The translations under genes and the position numbers were made by a program. A DNA stretch of 62,850 nt, counting the filler, from Squatina squatina (taxonomy: Eukaryota): assembly GCA_031763465.1 (NCBI GenBank). It is 3 parts of 3 records of this genome, joined end to end, with 100 filler letters (N's around TTAATTAATTAA, not from the genome) between each part and the next. Parts side by side here need not be neighbours in the genome. Positions count along the whole stretch, not along the records: positions 38,886 to 62,850 come from JARFOE010000219.1; 2 more parts are not named here. One strand, given 5' to 3'. The number at the start of each line of letters is the position of its first letter. The stretch's first letter is position 1. The notes beneath the pieces are model-generated. The model was not told the DNA's origin and did not search any database. It saw only the letters and a list, made by a program, of their open reading frames with translations. Below, in pieces: positions 38,886 through 53,129 of this stretch.

Positions 38886-40384
38886 CTCCTGCTCCTATTT
38901 TCTGTGTTTCTATGTGATAAGTGAATATTCTGGAGCTTTATTTTATTGTTTTTGGAGATCAAATATAAATGAAGAGCTCCAAGTTAGAAACATTAAATAT
39001 TCCTCATGAAGGGCATAAACTATTTGTTCTGCACTGGTATTGCTTCTGCTAACAAGTATGTTACAAAACAATTCACAAGTTGATCTAAAGAGGAACATGA
39101 GAATAAACTTTGGAAAGTACTTGAAGTTAGTAGAATAGTTAACCGGAAATTTAATAAACATAATCAAAAAGCACTTGAAGTTACTGAGCTGACATCATAA
39201 ACGAAGCTATTAAGTCTCGTAAGATAGTGCTAGCTATTCAGTGTGTGTTGCATCACATTCCTAGACTTGGAGACAAAATAGGCACAGACAGAGGGGAAGC
39301 TGTTAAGCATTACATTTACTTTTGAAAGGTTCAGTTAGTGAGTGGCTGCTGTGCTCTTGCTGAAACCGACCACAAGCTACTAATAGCTCAATTTGTGAAA
39401 TCTTTGAATAATTGCCTTTCAGAATAGAAAGAATCATTACAGCAGTATAACCTGAGGGAGTCATATACACTAGGCAAATGTATGTACATTACTGAAATGT
39501 ATGAAGGTCAGTGGAACAGAATGCAAAAGCCAATACTAGCGGAGAATAAGTCTACACCTCAAGGTTGTTTCATTCATATTACTGGATTATTCATTTTTAG
39601 CACCAAATCCCTTTTTGCCCTGTTATTTACGTTGATCAATTCATATTTAAATAATTTAAATATGCTGGTGCATGACCGAAAGACGAAGTTAATCAGGATG
39701 GTGACAGACAGGCACCTTTGGGGTGCTCAAAGGAACAATAATGGAGGGCTGGCCACAAGTAAAAAAGATGGCTTACCAGAATTTCAGGAGAGCTGCAAAG
39801 AGAAGTTAACTGTTAAAGATCTGCAAAAGTGTGATGGTACTGAAAAGCTCACATCAATAAATATTGCAAATAAGGGGCACAGACAAATGTGAAAGAATTA
39901 GCATATGCAATCATACAATGCCCAGATTGCTCGTCATTCTTAAAATATGGATCAAGATAAATGACCAAAACTGCACCTGTTGCTGATTTCCTCAGTCCAG
40001 AGGGGAAAGCTGATAATCACATACTGCTCCCGGAATCCAGAGGTGTGCACAATACACACGCTGCTCGCAAAATGGCGATGAATTGCATAAAAGCTACTTT
40101 CTCCAGACACAGAATACTTAATAAAACCTGATTAACAGTGGGCCATGGCATGCAGCTTTTTGAATTCAGGCACTTTGCCAAAGAATAGGATTTAATTCAC
40201 AGAACTTCAAATTACTTCTGAATTACCCACAGTCAATGACCTCTTGGAAATGGAAGTACAGACTGTAAAGAATCTGATGAAGAAGTTAGAACAATGGGAA
40301 TGATGTGTTTTTAAGAGTTTCCTAATTTACTAATCATACTTCTTTAGAGAGTGGGCTATCACCAGCTTAATTATTCATAGGAAG

Positions 40385-40805
40385 AATAAGAGACTATCTA
40401 TTTGAAACGTACAAAATTCTTACCTTGACAGGGTAGATGCAGGGAAGGTGTTTCTCCTGGCTGAGGAGTCAAGAACCAGTGGTCACAGTCTCAGAATAAA
40501 GAGTCGGCCATTTAGGACTGAGATGAGAACTCTCTTCACTTTGGAATTCTCTACCCCAGAGGGCTGTGGAGGCTCAGTCGATCTATATATTCAAGATAGA
40601 GATCAATAGATTTTTGGATATTAAGGGATATGGGGATAGTGCAGGAAAGTGGTGTTGAGGTAGAAGATCAGCCATAATCTTATTGAATGGCGGAATAGGC
40701 TCGAGGGGCCGAATGGCCTACTCCTGCTCCTATTTCTTTTGTTCTTATGACNNNNNNNNNNAAAGGTGCCGAATGGCCGACTTCTGCTTCTATTATGTTC
40801 TTATA
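40385..40805 (+). mobile_element. CR1/HER1-type LINE 3' end plus a second tail fragment
   Basis: Decayed TYKIL..DRVDAGKVF...SRTSGHSLRI...WNSLPQRAVEA followed by the GAATGGCCTACTCCTGCTCCTAT tail. Confidence 0.88.
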
Positions 40806-40819
40806 AAGATATATTGGGA

Positions 40820-41253
40820 CAGATGATAAGTTGGTAGGTTTTAAGGAGTGTCTTAGGAGGAGAGAGAGGTAGAGAAACTGAAAGGTTAGGGAAGGAATTG
40901 TAGAGCTTAGGGGCCTAGACATCTGAAGGCACGGCTGCCAATACTGGAGCGAAGAAAATTGGGGATGTGCAAGCGGCCAGAATTGGAGGAGCGCAGGGTT
41001 GTCTGGGTGGATGAGGTTACAGAAATAGGTTGGGGTGGGTTTGAAAACAATGATGACAATTTTAAAATCAAGGTGTTGCCAAACCTGCAGCCAATGTAGT
41101 TCAGGGAGCACAGGTAATAGATGAACGGGACTTGGTGCCAGCTGGGACATCAGAGTTTTAGATGAGCTCAAGTTTACAGAGGGTGCAAGGTGGGAGGGCA
41201 GCCAAGAGAGCATTGGAATGGTCGAATCTAGAGGCAACAGGGGCATGAATGAG
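40820..41253 (-). mobile_element. L2-clade LINE ORF2 C-terminal fragment
   Basis: LIHAPVASRFDHSNALLAALP and LPELHWLQVWQHLDFKI correspond to the L2 motifs LIHAFVTSRLDYxN and LHWLPV..RI.FKI. Confidence 0.8.
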
Positions 41254-41353
41254 NNNNNNNNNNNNNNNNNNNNNNNNNNNNNNNNNNNNNNNNNNNNNNN
41301 NNNNNNNNNNNNNNNNNNNNNNNNNNNNNNNNNNNNNNNNNNNNNNNNNNNNN

Positions 41354-41885
41354 GGGAAATTCGCCCGTGGGAGGCGGCCGCAGTGAGGGTCAATTGCAGC
41401 GACAGGAAAACCTGTCGTTGCAACTGGCCCCTTAAAGGCGAGGGCATCTGCGCCTCCGGCCGCCAATTTTTTTTATCAGCCTATTTTTTAGTCGGTCGAT
41501 AAATGGCGGCCCCTCAGCTGGATTGGGCCACCATCCCCTCGCCTGGCACGCCACTGGTGGCCTGGTCGTCGACCGCTCTGGTGGCCTAGGGTTGCATCCA
41601 TCAGGATGGCCAACGACCCTCCTCTTTAAGGGAGGCCCGGCTCTCCTGCTGATGTCAGCGCGCAACGTGCTGACGCAGTGACTTGGAGGCCAGTGGCATG
41701 GCACTGAAGCCATGCCACTGGCTCCGACCCCGGCCACCCCGGGAACGTCCGGGAGCATGCTGCGTCCCACAGGCACCCTGGAACAGCAAATACCGGGACG
41801 GCCAGGCAGGGTGGGCGTCAGCGAGCGAAATGCCGGCTCCTGCCCCGTCCGCATTTTAAACGCGGCAGGACCCAATTTCGGCCCC
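41354..41885. mobile_element. GC-rich TIR element, right portion
   Basis: CpG-rich block ending CAATTTCGGCCCC|ATT, the same terminus as at 46302 and 60676. Confidence 0.6.
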
Positions 41886-44572
41886 ATTATGTTCACAGGC
41901 CTAGCAGCCTGCCCTTAGTCTAATGAGATAATGTGACATCAATGCTGTCAGAAGTAAATGGTGGCAGATTCACTACTTACGGAACCACCAACAATTTGGT
42001 AATTTGAAACAATTACAAGAATTTCAGGAGGAACAGCATTTCTGCCAGTTAGCCTAGATCACAATGTAAAATGGAAGCAGGCTGAGGAAGCTTTTGTGCA
42101 TTCCTGTCCACTTGCAGCCTCATTCCATTTCCCAGATAGCATGCACTACCTCTCCGGCTTGGATAGGCTCACTATCATAGCTGTTTCTCCACCTGATTGG
42201 AAGTGAAGCCTGATTGGAAGTGAAGTAGGGTTGGCTGGGTATCACTTTTTAAATTAAATGAGTATCCTGTTATGATTTGAGGATGGATTTTCCAGCTAGA
42301 TTTAAACAAATAAGCAAGACTAATGCTAGTCTTCTGAAATAATTTATTTTCAATGTTTGCCAAACAGAGAATTTTGGAATTTACTGCATTCGTGACTAAG
42401 CTGATCTTCACTGACAAAGCATTAAAAAAATTTCAAAAGAATCCCTGTGGTCACATTTAACCTCATACCTTATATCTACAATATACTCAGATGGGAGTAC
42501 ATTAATCTTCTGCTTTCTGATGAAAGAAATCAAACAAGAGTGAAGTTATTTGCTCATAAATTATATGCATGTTAATTAGAGAAAGCCATGGATCGTGGAA
42601 ACCAGCTACAGTCACTGAACTCTCACTTACAATCTCTTTACTGAGGCACCCATGAAGTGCTCAAATGTTTTCAAAGCTGTGCTGTACAGTTTGATGTAAT
42701 GCATCCTAGCAGATAGATGTAATTTAATGAAGGTAAAAAGATATATTTTGTATTCAGTCCATGAAAACTCTATTTTCACCTTTGAAATTGAGCAAACANN
42801 NNNNNNNNAGTGAGGATGTATCAAAGTGATCCCAATGATTTTGATATGATGGCAAGTTGCAGACACAGCAGCACAAGATCATTTCTCTAAGGTTGAAGCA
42901 GAGCTTAAAGGTTACTCGTGTCTTTTTTTTTGGTACAGCAAACTAGCGCACTAAACAAACCTAGGGACGCTCTGGTTGGTAAACCCACAAACCTTGGAAG
43001 GAATAATAATCAAAGGGCATCAGATAAATCCATAACCCTTTCAGCTTAACTCCTCATCTGGGAAAATATTTTCCACATCTAGTGCCTGAATGTGGCTCGC
43101 TGAACTGTCCTCCATTAATCTGTCCCAGTTATCCTAACATTGGCACCACCAACCCCGTTAGGTAGGATGCAAACTACAAAGAAAATTAGTTGACGACTTC
43201 TTGTTAAAGTCATCTAAGAGAAATTCGGATGAAAAAATCAAGAACTAACATTTCTTCAATAACACATTCATGATCATACAATTAGCAGCTTAATATTTAT
43301 GCGGTGCAAGTACTCAAGTTACGCTGATAGNNNNNNNNNNCTGAGGTAACAATGGCACTTCAAGTGTATCACAATAACTCAGCATCATCTGGGCTCTACT
43401 TACTGAAAGCTGATATTAAGCTCACTGTCAAACATTGCCATAATGGTTAGTTTTGATTCGGCTCCCATGTAAAGCTCTTAATAACAAGCCTACTGAATAA
43501 ACTAAGTGCCTCGTTAGTTCAACCTATTGTCGATTACCTGACAGCTTTAACAAAGCTTTCCAGATCTTAAACAACCGTGTGCTTGTGAGCCAGATTAGCA
43601 CGTTGGTATAGCAGGGTCGAGATTTGGTACAGTAGGGTTTAGTAGCTTTGCCTACTTCTGGGATGCTCAGATCTGCCTCCAAGTTATCAATGTGATGTTT
43701 CTCCATCTGTCTTCAATTTCTGTTCTCACTTTGTTGCACAAACCTTTCTTCTGTTCTTGGAAACTTAACTCTTACTCACAAGTGCTGCTCTTGACTATTT
43801 GCATATCTCTGGATAGTACGGCTCTTAAACCTAACTCTGAAATCAACTTCTCTGACTTTCTGGGTCAAAAACCTCATCTTCCAGACCATTCATTCTCCTT
43901 CAATATCATCCAACCAACTTGTGTGATACACTTTGTTGCAAGGATTCTTATATTTTGTGACAATGACTCAGACACATCAAGGATTTATGATGAGAAAATC
44001 TTTAATTGTTTGGGAAAAGGCAGGACTCGTCTTTAGTTGTATAAACTATCGCTTTCTCTGACTTTAAATTAAAGTAGTAAGACAATCCACAGAAGGATTA
44101 GGTAGTTCCAGGTTTAGTTGCAAACAATTCTCCCACTTTGTTTGGCTTTAGTTAATGGCAAAAGACAAGACAAGATAAGGGAGGTTCTTTTTATGTTGGT
44201 CACTCATCTCAACCTTCTATTCAACCTTGACAAGCCTAAGTGTACCCAGATACAGCCATTAATTGGAATTAAATGGTTGCTGTGAAAGACCCTTTGTCCT
44301 CACTGTGCTATCTACAAGTAGCCATGATTCTTAGCATCAACTCTTTTTGTTTCACAAAATTTAGCAGTATCATTGCAAGCACCATTTCAGTGCACTTTTA
44401 CTGCAATCTGTTCACCTGTGATGCTTACATTCCGTGCCGATACTCATTATCTATGACCACACTGGAATAATGNNNNNNNNNNNNNNNNNNNNNNNNNNNN
44501 NNNNNNNNNNNNNNNNNNNNNNNNNNNNNNNNNNNNNNNNNNNNNNNNNNNNNNNNNNNNNNNNNNNNNNNN

Positions 44573-44648
44573 TCAACCTTCTCTGCTCCAAGGAGAACAA
44601 CCCCAGCTTCTCCAGTCTCTCCACGTAACTGAAGTCCCTCATCCCTGG
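44573..44648 (-). mobile_element. CR1 LINE fragment
   Basis: MRDFSYVERLEKLGLFSLEQRRL, a typical CR1 ORF2 C-terminal motif. Confidence 0.85.
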
Positions 44649-45324
44649 ATGTCCAGCATAGCATGCTGGCTCTGACAGATCTCTTATGCAGCATTTAATT
44701 TTTAGGAACTCATAGATGGTGAGAGGGTTGGAGAGCTGGTTAGTATACCTTAGTGCAACCTGGGTTCAAATCCAGATCACAATGATTGGATGAAGTAGGG
44801 TTGTGATACAAGTGCAGCCAGGGTGCTTCACGCCACGTCACATTATTGGTACAATGTAGAGGGAGCTTTACTTTGCAGCTAGCTGTACTTGGCCTAAGAG
44901 TGTTTCATGCTGACACTGGATGCCTGAAAGAGGAAATATTTCATTCCGCATTACTTCTCCCTGCTGGACAACTTAGAAAAAAACTGACAGCAAAATATTA
45001 GTGGCAGATTCTGTCACACAATTCATTTCATACGTCTAGTTGCAATGGAAGATTATGTGAAATGCTAAGTGTTCAACACCGTCATTAATTTCAACTTACT
45101 GTAATTTGCTAGATTGCTAAGCAAATAGGTAACCGTGTACAACTTAAGCTGTAAACTTGGCAAAATCTGCAATGTAAGCAGAATATACTGGAAGTAAACA
45201 GCAGAACCACCAGTATCTGTAAAGATTGGCTAACGTTTTAGATGCAGGGCTGCAGGCGCTTTGTCAGAAATAATATATTCCAGTTTTCTGATGATACTTA
45301 AATGCTTTGCATTTGAAGTTCTTA

Positions 45325-45620
45325 AAGAAGATTGGGGCACATGGTATTAATGGCGATTACTTAGAAAATAGTCTTGGTAATAGAGAGCAGAAGCTGGTGA
45401 ATAATGGATAAGGTTCTGTCTAATGGAGTAGTGAATACTGGAGTTTTGTAGGGCTTTATACAGGGTCTTCTGCCAGATATGCTGCTGTATTCATGAATGT
45501 CACAGTGCAGGGTACTGCAGGTAATATTTTCAGATTTCATGATTACACAAGGCTGTGTCCAGGTAGCCAGTGTAAGGGAGATTGATAGCAGTTAGAAGGA
45601 TCTGGAGAGATGAGGCAGAG
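45325..45620 (+). mobile_element. Very old CR1 RT remnant
   Basis: Faint traces of K..AHGI, L.NREQK.V and F.D.T.L motifs in the expected order. Confidence 0.4.
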
Positions 45621-46065
45621 GTGTAAACTTCAGTGAGGGTGTAAAACAAGTGGCCAATCTATATCCCCCGTTTTACAACCCCAATTAAGTTGAAAGTTCC
45701 AAAGATATTCCCAAGTTTTCTGTTTTTGTTGCACAATATCCTATCCCTGTACTAATGTACTCCACTGGTAATTATATAAAAATCTGTTATGGTATGAAAA
45801 TCCAATCTACCGAATTATATAGTTCAAAAAAAATGATTATCTGTTCTCTTCATTGCCAAGTTGTCATAGGAGATGTGCATAAAGTATAATATATCTTTAA
45901 GATCTCTTGAAGTCTTACCAGGCATAATTAAGCATGGTCATGTGGTATATCTATAAACTTTACCACAGTATAGAAAATATTTAACTACAATTAAATGATC
46001 TTGCTGAAGTAAAGATGTCTACTTTGCAACAGTGTTCCTCCCATGAATGAACCCTTAGGTTCTAA

Positions 46066-46302
46066 TGGCTAAAAATTGATTGGCGCCCCGTTGGGGCGGG
46101 AGCTGGCATTTCTTGCCCATTCCATCCATGGGGCGCAAATGAGCCGCAAAGGACGTTGTGGCTGTGCAGCGAGGGTCGGCGCACGTTTTGCGCCCCAGCT
46201 GAATTTCTTGGGAGGCGAGATGGCCGCCTCCCGGTGCCTTTTTTTTTTAAAAACGTCCCTCAGAGGCGCTTATGGGGCGTTACAGCAGCTCAATTTCGGC
46301 CC
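46066..46302. mobile_element. About 237-bp GC-rich MITE
   Basis: Degenerate TIRs TGGCTAAAAATTGA ... TCAATTTCGGCCC with a CpG-rich interior in AT-rich flanks. Confidence 0.6.
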
Positions 46303-47282
46303 ACTGTGTCTTGCAAATGTTCCATCAGGTTCATTATAGGCATCAGATCGAGTTCTGAGATGCCACAACAGGAACTTCAGCTGCACCAGGACAAATGAAT
46401 TTTTAAAAACTCTTAACGTATCGCTAAAGAATTCTTATCACAATCCAAAGTCTACCTAATATCCAGCGATGTGCAATCACATGCTGCAAAGCCGCAGAAC
46501 AGGCATCAGAGCTGTTCCATACTTCAGAGTTATTGCCAACAATTTACGTCTGCAGCGAACTTTACACAGATAATACGGATACTCCTTAGCCCAATAAATC
46601 TGCTTGTGAAGTACTACCATTTTAATTTATCAAGTCATTTGGAAAGTAGAACAACACAATTGCCGCTTTGCCCTTGTGTGGTAATGAGCACAGATGCTAA
46701 ACTGTCTTCTCAGGCCTCATCAAAGCACAGGCATAAAACTAATAGCTGTCATTTCAACAGTCAAGAGTTCCCAGAGGTGGTTGAAGCAAGATAGGCTCCT
46801 CTGACATCTGCCACAAGCTAACACAGAAATGGGTCTTTAGTGAATACATTTTGTTTCATAAGTTCTCAAAACATTAAAATTATACACGGAAGATTGAGAT
46901 TCAAATAAAGTTTTTATTTGCAAAAATTTTAGGCAGTCAAAGGCTAATACCAGTTTATAAATCCATTTACATCATTCCAATGAAAATGTACAGAACTATT
47001 ATTACGCTGAATTAAAGTTGACATTCAATTTCTCAACCGAGCGCTTGCATTCGTTCTGTAAGCATCTCCTGCTGCGATTACTTCACACCTGCACTGTAGC
47101 AGCTATCTGACAGTGCTCCAGGACGATGGAGACAGGAACATGGTGAAAACCACCGGCAGGGTTACAATTCCTTCCAACTATGGACAGTGCATAATAATGT
47201 GATGGTAATTGCTACTCATTCTTCATAACTGTTTACAGTAAGCTTGGGACGAATAGATGAAAGGAGGGTGGGATTAAAAAAA

Positions 47283-47411
47283 GAAAGAATTAGGAGCAGA
47301 ATTAGGCCATACGGCCCCTCAAGCCTGCTCCGTCATTCAATAAGATCATGGCTGATCTTTGATCACAACTCCAATTTCCCGCCCAATCCCCATATACCTT
47401 GATTCCTCTAA
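47283..47411 (-). mobile_element. CR1/HER1-type LINE 3' tail
   Basis: TAGGAGCAGAATTAGGCCATACGGCCCCTCAAGCCTGCTCCGTCATTCAATAAGATCATGGCTGATCT. Confidence 0.85.
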
Positions 47412-50236
47412 NNNNNNNNNNNNNNNNNNNNNNNNNNNNNNNNNNNNNNNNNNNNNNNNNNNNNNNNNNNNNNNNNNNNNNNNNNNNNNNNNNNNNNNNN
47501 NNNNNNNNNNNCCAAGGCAGAATTTCAAAAGATACAGAGAAAGGATTGGCAAAAGCTTTTCTGAGGTCCAAGATGAATGTAACAATTTGCAAATCCGGAT
47601 AAGGTGGGAGAGGGTGCGGACTGGAATAAATTCTCAAAATGCTACTTAATTATATGGAACAATTCATGACACTGGGGGCTTTGGGCAAACCAATTGCCTT
47701 ATCAATCTGGAGAAATATCTTTGCTCTCAGAAGCTGCCTGCACTCCTAGCTGGAAGATGCTTAAGTGGCACAAGTAACTATAAAAGAAGGAATTAAAAAG
47801 AAAGTGGAAGAATAATAATAGGAAGAGAAACATGATTGGAGTTATAAATTATACAAGTTCCCCACATTACAACCAAAACCAATGGGCACTAAAGTCAATT
47901 TATATTCTACAGCAGCGCTATATAAAATATGTATTCAAGAATACTAGCGGGTAGAACATACTTTCTTGCATTATGGAATTACCACAGTAGTCTTTCCATA
48001 CTTTATGCATTTGTGTTATCAATTCTGTTTTGACAATACACCTACCAGTACTTAAACTCCACAGCTGGCAATATAATGCACCATGTGAAAGTGTTTTTGT
48101 ATTAATCATGCATAACCATTCAGCCCACAGNNNNNNNNNNNNNNNNNNNNNNNNNNNNNNNNNNNNNNNNNNNNNNNNNNNNNNNNNNNNNNNNNNNNNN
48201 NNNNNNNNNNNNNNNNNNNNNNNNNNNNNNTTATATTCTTCCAGCCGGGATAATCATTTATCTCCTGAAATACCTAATTAGAGAACAATCTGCTCGTGAC
48301 AGACAGATCTGATTTCATTAACCTTATTGCAAGAATTCAACAAATCTAACTTTCAGTCTCCTTTCTGCAATGCTCATTATTTCTGTCCAATTTATAATGA
48401 TAGTGATCAGGCATTGAAAAGACAAGCAAACAGTAATTCACTTTAATAACTTCCCTCTTCATTATTTGCAGGCTTGACTGTGCTTTCATTACTCTGGCCT
48501 TTAGGTGAAAAGTCTGTTCCTCTAACACGGACGTATCTTCTTGTAGTTCATCAGTGAAAAAATGCCTGCCTCTCATTTAGCTGGTGGGTTTTCTTAGTTA
48601 GAAGCTGTGATGCACTGATGCAGGAATAATGAATGCTGGTTCTGCTCATCTTCAGGGTTGCAAACAGTCTGGTTCAGTGTGAGGCAGAGACTGGGCAGAG
48701 TGATGCAATCATTTGCAATGGTACGAAGTTTGTGGCAGGGCTGTGCACCAGGAGCTGAGCTGCAAATGGAGTGTAGCTCCACACAGAGTGTGGGAATTTG
48801 GTAAGTGAGGGNNNNNNNNNNNNNNNNNNNNNNNNNNNNNNNNNNNNNNNNNNNNNNNNNNNNNNNNNNNNNNNNNNNNNNNNNNNNNNNNNNNNNNNNN
48901 NNNNNNNNNNNTGGCAGCCTGCTCTATTACAGAACTGAAGTGGCTCTGCAAAACAACATGACACTCAGGGTCAGGTGGCACTCTACAGAGTTCCTCGATC
49001 ACAGTTATAATGGCACCGCAGTCCTAAGGCCAGGATACCGCCCTGTGACATGTTCCTAGGTATCTGTTTTGTTCTCTCTCAACTGTACCACACAGGGTCC
49101 TGCTGGGGCTCCTCCGGACTAATAATACAAGTCGGTAAAATTTCTCTTTAGGACTCCTCAGTGCGGTGGAACTGAATATTCCTATTTCCCATCATCTGCC
49201 TCCAAGCTGCAATGGGCCCATTGCAATTACAAGCAAGGGTCTGTTCAGGGAGCTGTGGCCTGTACATGACACAGTTCATTAGAGTTACTGTGCACAGTGC
49301 GAACAAAAAAATGCATGTTCAACACTGAACGCAACTGATAATTTATTGGCTGCAATTCATGATTGTTAATCAAACCAAACACCCCAGTGACACTGCGAAG
49401 CAGGCAGGCACGGCTCCCACCGTGACTAATCCACAGTTACCTCATCCAAAAAAAAATCCCCATTTGCTTTGTTCTTTGCTTCAGATATAGTGGGAAAATA
49501 TTGTGCAACAAGGTAATGTTATCACCATGCCTGCTTTGGAATTTCATATGTTAATAATATATTGACAAATGACAACTATTCTGCTCAGCAGAGGTTGCTG
49601 TGGTGGTATGCCTATATTGCAAGGGAGCTTGTTTTAGTTACAACGATTCTGTCTCTTTCTCCGATTTTTCTTCTTCCCTTTGAATACGGCAGTGTGCTCT
49701 ACGATCAAATCCCACTTTTACAGTATAGTATGTCACTCCATTCTCAGCCCTGCCTCCTGCAGATAAGGTGACCACAGTGTTAGGGAGCGAGGGGCGACGA
49801 GGTAAGATGCTCCATTTCCGCAAAAAAGCTTATCTACACAATGGGAGACTTGTGTCAAACCATATAGTATATTTACCCAATGGATGGGCCTGACTGAATA
49901 GTATATAAGCAATGTAGTTAGTTATGCTGGATAAATAATCGAATGGATGGCTTGACAGTGTACACTGGAAGGTGGCCAATAAATGTTAGTACCAACAGTA
50001 AACATACGTATACGGCGTAGCAATTTCTACAGGCTGGACCAGTGCGAAACCTTCTATGGTTGTCAAAGATGCTGCCAGAAAAATCATAACCTGGGCTTGC
50101 ATAGAGGGCTGATGCAGTCTCTCATGCGTCTGCTGCNNNNNNNNNNNNNNNNNNNNNNNNNNNNNNNNNNNNNNNNNNNNNNNNNNNNNNNNNNNNNNNN
50201 NNNNNNNNNNNNNNNNNNNNNNNNNNNNNNNNNNNN

Positions 50237-50860
50237 GCGTCTGTCACCTCTCTTATGCAACAGTGGACGGCAAACTGGGAGATACTACCAATGTCACCTA
50301 CTACAGCCTGGAAGGATCCTGGCACAAAGAGATTCGGGGCCATGGTCACCTTCATAGCTACTGGCAGCGATGTATTTGCCCTGGTGTGACGCTGCAGGTC
50401 TGGTTGCAAGAGGTAGCAGAGTTCTGTGAGCATCTCCTTTGTAAAGCATAAAGAATCCTAGAAACCTCCAAACAGTTCCACAAACTTACACAGAGCCAGT
50501 AGAAATCAAAAAGCAAGTTACCTTAAAGATGCTGATGATCCCTTTAAATATCGCTGGTGAGGGATCCTTCCTGCTGCTGAACGCATGTTCAGCTGTGTGA
50601 GGTTAACACAGGGCATTTGACCCAGCAATGACAAGAACAATAACAGTTCTGGCAGCAAGTCAGCCTTGCACACTGTTTGATGTCATGATCTGCCAACCTA
50701 CCATAATTCCAGCGCACGCTCCGAACGGCCGCTCTCAGTAAGATGGCGTCCGGTGCGGTTTGCATCAGGCGTGTGTGCGCACTGCTTGGACACCATTTTG
50801 GATCAAATTTACCACCCATAGCGCCAAACAACGGGCACCATGGAACCAAATTTCTCGGCC
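50237..50860 (-). mobile_element. Harbinger transposon 5' end with HARBI1-like transposase fragment
   Basis: LTELCYLLQPDLQRHTRANTSLPVAMKVTMAPNLFVPGSFQAVVGDIGSISQFAVHCCIREVTD (50237-50433); upstream TATTTAAA and terminus GGCCGAGAAATTT at 50860. Confidence 0.85.
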
Positions 50861-51998
50861 GAAAAGTCTTATATGGTTAAAGTTAGACTTGCATAGAATG
50901 AATATACACAAATATGTCTCAGTTCAGGGTTAAAATTCTCAGTACACCAAAGTATCAAATCATTTGTGGTATTTTTATGTTTCAGAGATGTTGGGAGGCA
51001 TATCTAACTATTTTAAATTTGTATGGAATTGTTTTCTACAATATGCTTTGCTTAACGTCTTGTCAATGTTATCCCATGCAGCCACCATGTGATAATGCAG
51101 GATCGGGCATATGATTGAAAAGCTCACACCTGGTAGGTTTTTGCAGTTGATGATCCTATGTAATTGAAAAAATGTATTTCTGCACTTTGCTTTGACAAAG
51201 ACAGGCTTTGGTGGACAAGAATCTAAAAATATCTTTTCAATGAATGCAGTATTTCTCAGCAAGCTCAAGATACAGCACAGCTATTCTGCAGCAAAGCCAC
51301 AAGCTGTTAAAAATCACGTCCAGTATCTGGAGCCATTCAGGCTTTAAAGGTTCATTCTAATTAAGTGTTTTATACAATCTACAGGAAAAAAGTGAACATT
51401 TTATTTTTGACAAAATATTTTTTTCCTCCAAGACAGCCAGTGTGATTGACAGGCTTCCTCAGAGCTCGGAGCTAACACTCTTACCAGGAGTCATTCTACC
51501 AGCAAAGGGGAGAACGAACCCTCCAATCTCGAAGCTACATCTATGCACAAGTGCTGTGACCCCTCAATATTTTTGGACAGAGACTGATTTCAAAATGAGA
51601 TGCAAAATACCATCCTCACTTGTCAATGCCAAGGGAATAGACCCAATATGCATTGTGACACTTTAATGACCAAAATGGTTAATGTGCAATCAAGAGTAAA
51701 TTGATATTTTTTAAAGGGAAGCAAGATCTGACAACTACACCCTGCAAACCTGCAGCATTACATCCAACTTCCTCCTGTAAATTCTCAGCGTTGCTGATTT
51801 ATAGCATTTGCCTTGAAACAGCATTCACTGTGTCAATTTCTCACCATCATTGCAACTGCACTGAAAATAGCACAATCGAGCATCACTTAACAAAGATCNN
51901 NNNNNNNNNNNNNNNNNNNNNNNNNNNNNNNNNNNNNNNNNNNNNNNNNNNNNNNNNNNNNNNNNNNNNNNNNNNNNNNNNNNNNNNNNNNNNNNNNN

Positions 51999-52206
51999 CC
52001 AGCAATTTCTTGACACTCACGGGGAGGTTGACGGCGAGCTCCCATTTTTACGAGGCTAACTGCGGAGTGGCGCAATCATCCAGCAACTTGTGGCTATTCG
52101 CAACTCACGGGAGATCTCTTCCTCATCACAAATTGCTGGGTGATTTATACACTAATAGCGGCCTGTGCATGAAACTCCCCTTTATTTTCCCAGCAAATTC
52201 TGGGCC
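51999..52206. mobile_element. TIR element end
   Basis: Ends GCAAATTCTGGGCC|ATC, resembling the termini at 22720 and 61127. Confidence 0.5.
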
Positions 52207-53129
52207 ATCATTATTGACTATCACCACTATTTAGTCCAAAGAAAGTACCATGTGTGCTCGCCCCCTCCCCAAATAAAAACAGACGCAGCTTTGACATTTC
52301 ATCTTCTGTCATCATTGTCTTACAAGAAAATTTGACAGGGCACAGACCCTTTAAAAGGGCTCGGCACACAAGTGTCCTTATTTGCAAACAGAATTGTTCA
52401 GCTGTAAAATGAGAGAAGGAGCAATTTAAACAAGGCAGTCTCCTGGATTAGGAATGGAATGGGGGGACTCGTGTCGTTCTAAGCCTGATTTATACTACAA
52501 AGAGGGTAGCATAAACCCCAATCACAGATATAACTGGTAAAAAACTTAACCTTTTCAACCCAGGATTTCAACCTGCTTTCGTATTATTGTCTTTTTGGTG
52601 TTAAGGCTCAGGTAGAAATAGGACAAAATTTCCTTCAGGTTTAGTTCTACTCCAGTAACAATGACACTACTTACCTCCCATTGTGCTGTGACATGTGATG
52701 CACAGTCTGTGAATTTTTAACCCTTCTGTTGATGAGTAGAGTCTCTCATGCACACAATCTTCACTGGTATGACTACAGTGCAAATGGTGCAACTCAACAT
52801 TATTAGCACAGTAAAAAGAAAAAGAAAGATACTGCAAATACTGAAAATGCTGAAAATAGATACACCTGATCAGCAATGTCCACTAGATGAAGTATCTACA
52901 TTCAACCCACCCTTTGCCCAAATGCTAACAGATACCCCTCCTGAGGACTCTGCCTCTATTTGTCCTGTACCTCAATTCAAANNNNNNNNNNNNNNNNNNN
53001 NNNNNNNNNNNNNNNNNNNNNNNNNNNNNNNNNNNNNNNNNNNNNNNNNNNNNNNNNNNNNNNNNNNNNNNNNNNNNNNNNCTTGGCCAAACTGCCCTCC
53101 CCCTTACTGGGGGAAGAGAAAGAAATAAT

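Noticed and set aside
41354-41918. CpG-island promoter or 154-aa gene
   Set aside because: The block ends in the shared TIR motif, has no splice-bounded exon or recognisable protein, and is better explained as a transposon.
38886-52981. FUT8 exons expected upstream of MAX from mammalian synteny
   Set aside because: I could not find any FUT8-like peptide on either strand; the short ORFs here look like noise.
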